Below are positions 56,001 through 64,000 of a stretch of 64,000 nt of DNA, in pieces. This DNA comes from Zygnema circumcarinatum SAG 698-1b (taxonomy: Eukaryota; Plantae; Zygnematophyceae), in assembly GCA_037447605.1 (NCBI GenBank), contig CM074804.1:2852001-2916000 (forward strand), written 5' to 3'. Within the stretch, counting starts at the first letter, position 1. Every line of letters begins with the position of its first letter. Below the pieces are notes generated by a model. That model saw only the letters and a list, made by a program, of their open reading frames with translations, searched no databases and was not told the DNA's origin. A program made the position numbers and the translations under genes.

Positions 56001-58685
56001 ATTCAATGGAACCGTGTTCTAACGGTTCCATGTCGACGTTTCTGTGAGATTCACAGACTCACGACATTGAACTTCCGACGGAATTTCAGTACGAAATTGT
56101 GTACTGCAGCAACGCATATCACGACAAAATTATTGCTCGCGACGTAAGTTGAAATTCTCTCACAATTTCTTGCATCTTGTTTTTTCTAACCGGAAATATG
56201 GCTTTTTCCTTACCACGGTGTTACCTGGAGTATTTCTTGACTAAAATGTCTGTTTGCACCTCGATTTCCAGCATTCTTGGGCGGACAAAAGATAGATAAT
56301 TTGATGAAATTTGGGGTTTTGCCGTTTTTGGGGTACAAATAGGTTTGGGAGTGGATGGAATTCAATCGCGTTGTGCACAAAATCGACCATTTCTATGTCT
56401 ATGACGCGGGAGGAGTTGATGATGACGTCAGATCCACCCTCTCTCCGTACATTGAAGCCAACCTCCTCACAATCACAAACATTCGAGAAGTGCTTTTGTA
56501 CTCCATCAAGTATTGGGGACAGGTTGGAAATAAGTTTACACAACCTTTCCATTTTTTTACTTTTCTCAATTCTCAGATTTTGGTAGAAGGAAGTTTTCGC
56601 ATGCTCTTGGCTCTCCCTCACACTCTCTCCCTCGCTCTTCCTCTCGCTGCATCCTCGCTCTTCTCCTCTCCCTCTCTCCCCCTCCCTTTTCTTCTCCAAG
56701 CCCCTCCTCTCCCTTTTCCTTGTTCATATGGTGTTAGAAGCTTGCTTGAATTGGCTCCCTTCTTCTCAAGTACAATGCAATCTAACTATTCTCGTTTCTT
56801 TTTTTTTTTTGGGTACTTTCTTGGTCTCTGTTTGTATATTTCCTGCAGCCTCTCGGAAACATCGACTGCGTGTACCGGTCCCGGTTCACCGCCAAGTGGA
56901 TAATGATGGCCGACGTTGACGAGTGCGGCCGCAAATCTCTCCTTTCGGGTTGCAGGGTTTTGGAGTCTTTGATTTTAGGGTTTAGGCTTGTCGAGTTCTA
57001 CAAGCCTGAGATTGGTCCGCTGCTACCTGCCGTCTTTTTTCAACGTTTCTAAATGTGCAGCCGTAGTAGCATTCTTGAAGGCGCTTCAATCCCTATGTGT
57101 ACCCTAACATTCCTCCTTTCTGTCTTGTGGTTAACCAAACATTGTTCATGTTGTCTCATGCTTCAACCACTGCTCCTCATATCCATTATTCTCATATCTC
57201 CCCCCTTTTGCTCTTTTTTGAACCTTTCTCACCTCTCTCTCTCGCTCTCTCATTTCTTTCTTCCTTTCTCCCACTCCTCTCCATCCCGCCGTCCCTTCCT
57301 CTCTCTCCCCCCTCGCCCTTCCCCCTCCCTCCATCCCTCTCTCTTCATCTCTCTCTCTCTCGCTCTACCCCCTTTCTCCCTCCCTCCCTCTTTCTCCCTC
57401 CCCTCTCTCTCTCTCGCTTTCCCCCCTCCCCTCTCTCCCCTCCTTCCCTCCCTCCCCTCTCTCCCCTCCTTCCCTCCCTCCCTCCCTCCCTCCCCCCTCC
57501 CCCCTCCCTCCTCCCTCTCTCCCTCTCTCTCTCTCTCTCCCGCAGGTACCTCCACGTGGTCCCCCCCCACACCCTGGCGAGCCTCCTGTCCCGCCACGTG
57601 GCGAGCGCGTGGCTCACGCACGGCTCCTTCGTGTGGGACGTGCGCAAGTGCGCCAATTTGTCGCGTAGCAGCGGGCGGCGGCCAATGGCGGTGGAGCGGT
57701 TCCGCGTGCGCGAGAGTTCGCCCTTCTGCGCGGATCGAAATAAGTACCGCGACGCCGCGCTCTGCCTCGCCTTCTGGGGACATCGGAAATTCTTCGCCAA
57801 CCCGAGATTGGTACACGCACATACACTACACGCACACCTTTTTTTATTGGTGGGGGGGGGGAAGGGTTGGAACCACACCCCGCACTAAACACTTCCCTTT
57901 TTATAATTCCATTCTCCCACTTTTTTGTTGAAATGTTGAAATCCTTGTCCTCCCTCCTTTCCCTCTTCCTTTCTCCCTTCCTTCCCTTTTTGTAATTGCA
58001 TTGTACGTCTCCCCTCCCTCCCTCCCTCCCTCCCTCCCTCCCTCCCTCCCTCCCTCCCTCCCTCCCGCAGGTGGACGTGCCCGGGTGCCACGAGCTGCAG
58101 GCGGAGGGCGCGGGTGTGGACCTAAACGCGCTGACGGAGGCGCGGCACCACCATGTGCGCGGACTCGGGGCGGCCTTCCACGAAGGCGCGCTCTGCGACC
58201 AAACCCTGAACCCCGAGGAAATCGACAAAGAGTCGCACGTGTGGACGGAGGAGCTCCACGACATGGCCAAATTCGTCAAAGAATGTCCGATCGGAAGCCC
58301 CAAGGTACGGAAAAGCGGAAGCAGAAAAAGAGAGAGAAGGTTGTTTTTTTTTTTTTTAGGGTTTCGTGAAATGTTTTAGAGAGTTGACGGTGTGAGAGTC
58401 TCTTCTTTAGTGTTTTATTTGTCGTTGTTTTCAATCTTCTTGGAGGCTTTGAAGAATTCGATGTCTTTGAAATTCCAAGGTTGCCATATTTCAAGTTTCC
58501 GCGGAACTCTAAAAACTCAAATTTTGTACGGATTCAATGAATTTTGTAGGCGTTTCAAGGTTCCTGCAATTTTCTTTTACTTTTTTCACTCCGGTTCTAT
58601 TCCTGTTCCCGTTTCTGTTAACCCTTTTGCATTTCTTTATGTTGTCTTGCAGGATTGCTACGAAAAGGCGGTGAATAAGAGCTGA
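53048..58685 (+). CDS. Glycosyltransferase family 92 (DUF23), galactan beta-1,4-galactosyltransferase (GALS)-like type II membrane protein
   Basis: TM VPLVLFAALVAIFTLA (~53442-53489); coiled stem (53946-54119); SYRLSPKKFGMAALAS..CTW (~55304-55508); YEIVYCS; VWEWMEFNR..HFYVYDAGG (56343-56522); DCVYRSRFTAKWIMMADVDE (DxD, ~56849-56922); GHRKFFANPR; HELQ..ARHHHVRG; ends DCYEKAVNKS*. The first exons and start are tentative. Confidence 0.82.
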
Positions 58686-59312
58686 AAAAAAGAATATTGT
58701 TACATTATCAATTTTTTTTTCGTTTTCATGAAGGCAAAAAGAGGTGTAAATGGCGATTGTCTTTCAATTTGTAGTCAAATGTTTTCGGCTGATTGCGAAT
58801 GATGGAATTGAGATGAACTGTGAAATGAAATAAAATGAGAGTGCAAGTCCGCACCGAAAGAAAGAAAGTGGCATCGCATCATGCGCGAGTCGCCGTTGCT
58901 CCTCCGCGAATCAAACCACGAGCGAGCGAACACGCCCGCCGAGGGGCCGCGGCGATGGGAGCGATGGAACCGTGGCATTAAATTGAACATTTGTTGTTCT
59001 GCCTCGCGCTGCCTTGGTTCTCTTGTTAGCCGCGTCAGAATAATAGCTTTGATGTCTCCTTTCCTCAGCTTATAAGCGCAGACAGAGAGTGGGGGAAACA
59101 CAAGCATGAGGGAACTCGACATTTGTAATGTTTTCCGTGCAACTCGTACGGCGCACTATGACGCAAAGGCGAGGCGCCAACAGCCATTCATGTCATCGTC
59201 GTCATCGCCACTCGGCCGCACTCCGCCTCGACGGACGGCGTCCGGGACGTCTTTTTTTCATACGATTACTGAAAAATCTTACCAATAGTAGCAGTGTTGG
59301 GAAATGTTGAAG

Positions 59313-59399
59313 CAATAGGGCGTGTCAGACTTAAAAAATTCTCGTAATACTAAAAACTCGATATTCGTAACATTTTGTTAAGTCTGACACGCCCTATTG
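59313..59399. repeat. Perfect 22-bp inverted repeat forming an 87-nt hairpin
   Basis: CAATAGGGCGTGTCAGACTTAA (59313-59334) / TTAAGTCTGACACGCCCTATTG (59378-59399). Confidence 0.85.
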
Positions 59400-60134
59400 G
59401 AAAACTTTCCCCAATGCCTGCAGCATTCCAGCCTGCAAAAAAGTCTGTGCTTGCATCGGCGGCAGGCAGACCAGCAGGGACACAGGCGGCCGCAGGAAGC
59501 AGCCAGCCAGCAGGAGGTTTCGTCCGTACATGGCTTATATACGGCTTTTCCCAAAACCAATTTAAGGGGAAAATCTTTACCTTAGGCCAAATAACCTTAT
59601 TTGAGGATGCCTGCTCATCAGTCATCACTCGGAGAACGAGAGGACGGCGGCGTCTGGTAGGCGAGTCCTATTTCCTTTGCAGGTCCTCCGCATCATGAAT
59701 TCATGCGTGCGAGGGATGTGGCATTGATCTCACGATGGCGATGTCATCAAATGTACTTCGAGAGTTCAAGCTTAAGAAAAGAAAGAGAGAAATAGCATTG
59801 GCCTCACGTCCAGTTCAAGAAGAGTTCTGTGACCATTCCAACATCGAACTTTCCTACACAGCAGCCCCGTCTAAACAGTTACGTCATGCTCCTCCCAAAC
59901 AAATTTTAACAACAGGCTGCGGATCAAGATCCTCGTGCGTTGCCTTTTTATAGAAATGTCTTCGAACCTTAATTATGTGAAGTGAACTGAAACGGAAACT
60001 GATCGAACACATAAGCTGTTTAATATTGTGTTCTGTTCAGTTGCGCGAGGTGCGATTTAACCAATTAGAATGCACCACGTGGCCACTTTAAACACGCTGC
60101 GACACATACCCTATTTACAACAATACGTCCCGTA

Positions 60135-60965
60135 AAACATTCAAAACGAGCGCTGTCGTACATAGAAAACGACACGTGGCAATGACAGAATGGGAACGCG
60201 ATATACCCCATTTTCTGCGCATTCGATCCAACGAAACGCACAACCAATCAGGACGCGCGACGTGGCAACGTCAGACTCGCGGCAACTATACCCCATTTTC
60301 ATTAAATCCATCTTTGACAACCTAACCGAATCCGTACGCCACATAAAACATCAAAATCGAACGCTGTCGTACGTAGAAAACGACCCGTGGCAATGACAGA
60401 ATGGGAACGCGATATACCCCATTTTCTGCGCATTCGATCCAACGATACGCACAACCAATCAGCACGCGCGACGTGGCAACGTCAGACTCGCGGCAACTAT
60501 ACCCCATTTTCATTAAATTCATCATTCACAACCTAACCGAATCCGTACACCACATAAAACATCAAAATCGAACGCCGTCGCACGAAGTATCGACACGTGG
60601 CAATGACAGAATGGGAACGCAATATACCCCATTTTCTGCGCATTCGATCCAACGAAACGCACAACCAATCAGGACGCGCGACGTGGCAACGTCAGACTCG
60701 CGGAAATTATACCCCAATTTCATTAAATTCATCGTTCACAACCTAACCGAATCCGTACGCCACATAAAACACGCCGTCGTACGTACAAAGTGACACGTGG
60801 CAATGACAGAATAAGTACGCGATCTACCCCATTTTCGGCGCATTCGATCCAACGAAAAGCACAACCAGTAAGGACGCGCAACGTGGCAAAGTCAGACTCG
60901 CGGCAACTATACCCCATTTTCATTAAATTAATCTTTGACAACATAATCGAACCCGTCGTACGGAT
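60135..60965. repeat. Tandem array of ~4 copies of a ~200-211-bp unit
   Basis: The unit start C(A/C)CGTGGCAATGACAGAAT recurs at ~60174, 60385, 60594 and 60794. The copies are highly similar. Confidence 0.92.
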
Positions 60966-61710
60966 CAAAACGACCGCAAAGCTTTTGCCTACGGCAACGC
61001 AAAAACAAAAAATTCGATGTTCCTGTGAAATCCTCCCGTCGCGCACTTTCGCGTAAATATATATTCAAGTTCCGCGCGGGCCCGCCCTGCTCCCCACCCC
61101 CCCCGGCCCGGCCCGGTCCCTCCGCCGCCGACTTTTCAACCAAACGACGAAACCGCAAGTGCACTCACTCCCATTTCCAAAAAGTGATGTCCGTACGGAT
61201 CCATGGTGCCGTACAGATTCGTACCATTTGCGTCCGGCGCGCTAGCGCACCGCGACGTGCGCACGTGCGGGTGCTCCCTCCGACCCTCCCTCCCTCTCTC
61301 CCTCCCTCCCGCGCGCGTGGGCGCCACGCGCCGCTGCGTGCCGGGGGGGGGCGGGGAACGTGCCCGGGCGGGCCTGGGCCTGGGCCGCAGCTTCGCGACA
61401 GTCCGTCGGGAGTGTTGAGAGGAAGGAAATGAGTGAGGAAGGAAGGAGTTATGGGGTGTGAGAGAGATGCTCTGATGTCTGTTTGTTGATGAGGGGAGTG
61501 ATGTGAGTGAAGGGAGAGAGTGAGGTTGTTCGAGGGAACGGATTTCTCTTCTTTCCCTCGTCTAGATCACCCTTCGACTGTCCATCTTCTCCTCCTTCCC
61601 TTCTCCCCCTCGCCCTCCCCCCCTCCTTTATCCCCTCCCTCTCACCCCGTTTCCCTTCCCCCCCCCCCTTTCCCCCCTCCCTCCACCCCGATCCCCTCCC
61701 CTCTCCCACC

Positions 61711-63516
61711 ATGTCTCCCCCTCCCCCCTCCCCCGCCTTCAACCCCCACCGCCTCCTGTCCTGCCTCTACATCAGCCACTTCCTCTCGAGCTGGGGCGAC
61801 AACATGTGGGCCTTCGCCCTCGCCCTCCTTTTTGTCATCATCCGGCCCGACTCGCTCCTATTGGTCGCCCTCAATGGCCTCGTCGCGGCGGCCTCCGTGG
61901 CGGCGCTGGGAGTGATCGTGGGGCACTACGTGGACTCCCTCTCGCGCCGCGTCGTGGTGGAGGCTGCTCTCGTCATCCAGAACTCCTCAGTGCTTGTGGC
62001 GGCTCTAGGAGTGATGGCGCTTTTGGCACTCAACGGGGAACCGACTCCGCCGCTATTGAATGTCGCCAAGTGGCCAAATTTAGGGTTTGGGAACCCTGGT
62101 CTGGGGTGGGTGGGCGAGGGACGCTTCGTGAGGGAGGGAGTGGAGACTGCATGGGATGTGGTAGTGAAGGAGAGGCTTCGATTAGGATTGACTGATTCGA
62201 ATAATTTATTTGATTCGAGCATTCTACGGGCGGAAAGCCTTCCATTGGAGACAGCAGCAAGCCCCCATTCTCGCCTTCTGTTCCCTCTGTTGGTGCTCCT
62301 TATCAACGCCATGGCGGGAGTAAGTGCATTGGCAGATCTCGCTATAAACGTGGCAGTAGAGAGAGATTGGGTGGTGGTAGTGGCGAAGGAGGCGAGAGAC
62401 GAGGGCATGCTCGTCAAAGTTAACTCCCAAATGCGGCGGATCGACCTCGTGTGTAAACTGATGGCGCCCTCGGCAGTGGGTCTTTTGATGAGTCTGGTCT
62501 CTCCCTTCACCGCAACGTTAGTGCTAGCTTTATGGAATGTCGGGACTGCCTTTATTGAATACTACCTTTTGATGATTGCATACGAAGCTGTTCCAGCGCT
62601 GGCCCGTAAGAATGGGGGGGCGGGAGACGCGCACTCTGGTGGAGTGAAGGGTGACCTGGAGACCTTCCTGCTCGCCGGCTCTCCCTCAGAGAGAGTGGGG
62701 TTAGAAGGGGGAGAGAGGGAGAGAGAGGGGAGTAGCGGAAACGATATAAAGGGGAACAAGGAGGGAAGCTCCGACATAATAAATAATGGGGCGCAGAATG
62801 GAGTTAAGGGATTGAAGAGAGGGGGGGCGACAGAGAGGGAGAGAGGGTGTTTCGGCTCTCTCTTAGAAAGAGCTCAGAAATTCGGCAACGGATGGAGCGT
62901 GTACTGGAGGCAGGAGTCCCTCCTCCCCGCCATCTCTCTCGCCTGCCTCTACCTTACAGTCCTTAGCTTTGGAGCCCTAATGACTGCAGAGCTGAGCTGG
63001 CAGGGAGTCCCTTTCGTCATATTAGGGTCTGTGAGAGGAGTGGCGGCCCTCACAGGGATCGCGGGAACCCTACTTTACCCAATTTTGGAATCGCGGTTTT
63101 CGGCGGTAGTCTCAGGTTTATGGGCCACGTGGCTCCAATGGGTCTTCCTCCTCCTGTGTGTGGTGGGAGTCTTCTTCCAAGGGATGCTCTCCGCCTCTCT
63201 CCTCATGGTTGGAGTGATCCTCTCCCGTGTGGGCCTATGGATGTTCGATCTGTCGGTTGTCCAGATAGTGCAGATGTCGGTACCTGAGGGAGAGAGAGGG
63301 GTGGTGGGAGGGGTTCAGGGCTCCATACAACAAATTTTTAACATGTCGAGTTTTTTCCTGGCTATCGTGGTTTCCCGACCTGATGATTTTTGGATATTAG
63401 TTTTAATCTCCTTTGGCTTTGTGAGTATTGCGGCGCTCCTTTATACTGTTTATGCGCTTAGGAAGTTGGAGAGGTCGGGGGATTTGTCGACATGGAATGA
63501 AGGCGTTAGTGCTTAG
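61711..63516 (+). CDS. FPN: Ferroportin (SLC40A / IREG) metal exporter, intronless, ~601 aa
   Basis: Uninterrupted ORF from ACC-ATG at 61711: LYISHFLSSWGDNMWAF, IQNSSV, VAVERDWVVVV, NSQMRRIDLVCKLMAP, LYLTVLSFGALMTA, SRVGLWMFDLSVVQIVQMSVPEGERGVVGGVQ. Confidence 0.95.
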   Translation: MSPPPPSPAFNPHRLLSCLYISHFLSSWGDNMWAFALALLFVIIRPDSLLLVALNGLVAAASVAALGVIVGHYVDSLSRRVVVEAALVIQNSSVLVAALGVMALLALNGEPTPPLLNVAKWPNLGFGNPGLGWVGEGRFVREGVETAWDVVVKERLRLGLTDSNNLFDSSILRAESLPLETAASPHSRLLFPLLVLLINAMAGVSALADLAINVAVERDWVVVVAKEARDEGMLVKVNSQMRRIDLVCKLMAPSAVGLLMSLVSPFTATLVLALWNVGTAFIEYYLLMIAYEAVPALARKNGGAGDAHSGGVKGDLETFLLAGSPSERVGLEGGEREREGSSGNDIKGNKEGSSDIINNGAQNGVKGLKRGGATERERGCFGSLLERAQKFGNGWSVYWRQESLLPAISLACLYLTVLSFGALMTAELSWQGVPFVILGSVRGVAALTGIAGTLLYPILESRFSAVVSGLWATWLQWVFLLLCVVGVFFQGMLSASLLMVGVILSRVGLWMFDLSVVQIVQMSVPEGERGVVGGVQGSIQQIFNMSSFFLAIVVSRPDDFWILVLISFGFVSIAALLYTVYALRKLERSGDLSTWNEGVSA

Positions 63517-64000
63517 GGTAGGGTTTCAGAGCAATAACTGTTCTTATTCCCTTTAATATATTCAGTAGACAGAAAGAGGATGGGTGTAGGCAGAATGATA
63601 TACTCTTGCAACACTCGGACTTATATATGTCAAGAAAACCAAGAAGTCGGTTTTTTGGACCCATACAGAAATAAGCTTTGATTTGAAAAACCAGGTTCGC
63701 TGGTTTCTTTGTCCTTCCAATGTCCACACTTTTTGCTGCTTCTTGCTGCTGATACGTTGTTTTGCCGCAACTTTCAAAGACTGAGCCAGAGCTTCTACCT
63801 TTATTCTGCGGCACGGGATTCTCTGCTGATATCTAGTTTTAAGGCAGCATTTTTGAAGCTCTGCGAGAAAGCAAAGTACGTAAGATAGTTTAAAAAACGC
63901 CACCTTCGGTTTGCTGCTTTCCACCGTCCCACAAGTTTCTTTCGCCAATTCCTGGAAAAATAAACTCTGCCATTTCTTTTAGACCGAATGTGGCCTTGGT

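Noticed and set aside
60135-60965. Possible CRISPR-like array or repeated small ORFs (MGTRYTPFSAH...)
   Set aside because: Whole units are repeated with no unique spacers, there are no cas genes, the context is eukaryotic, and the ORFs are not maintained between copies.
61507-61710. 68-aa Pro-rich N-terminal extension of ferroportin
   Set aside because: It starts at a GTG and runs through a CT-rich tract typical of 5' UTRs here; the ATG at 61711 has a good context.

Overview
Gene-dense, intron-rich eukaryotic nuclear DNA from a green plant-lineage organism. Plant-type TPC1, BT1, SAP, GT92 and a nuclear MinD with a transit peptide, plus TTTAGGG-like motifs, suggest a streptophyte alga or non-seed plant; the species cannot be determined. 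I built ten protein-coding genes by hand from GT/GC-AG splice sites and protein motifs: a 5'-partial NHL-repeat membrane protein (+), an acyl-protein thioesterase/carboxylesterase (-), a single 14-exon gene fusing methylthioribose-1-phosphate isomerase (MTI/MtnA) in frame to methylthioribose kinase (MTK/MtnK) (+), a two-pore channel with conserved gating residues but both selectivity filters rewritten (+), two divergently oriented BT1-type adenine nucleotide carriers, MinD (-), an AN1/C2H2 stress-associated protein ending in a CaaX box (-), a GT92 galactan-synthase-like glycosyltransferase (+) and an intronless ferroportin (+). Non-coding DNA holds abundant GA/CT microsatellites, telomere-like motifs, a dispersed MITE-like family, several hairpins and a ~210-bp x4 tandem array upstream of ferroportin. 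There are four 10-N gaps and a ~2-kb near-identical duplication at one of them, probably an assembly effect. Most ORFs in the supplied track are spurious microsatellite frames. Reference-protein comparisons are from memory; no searches were run.
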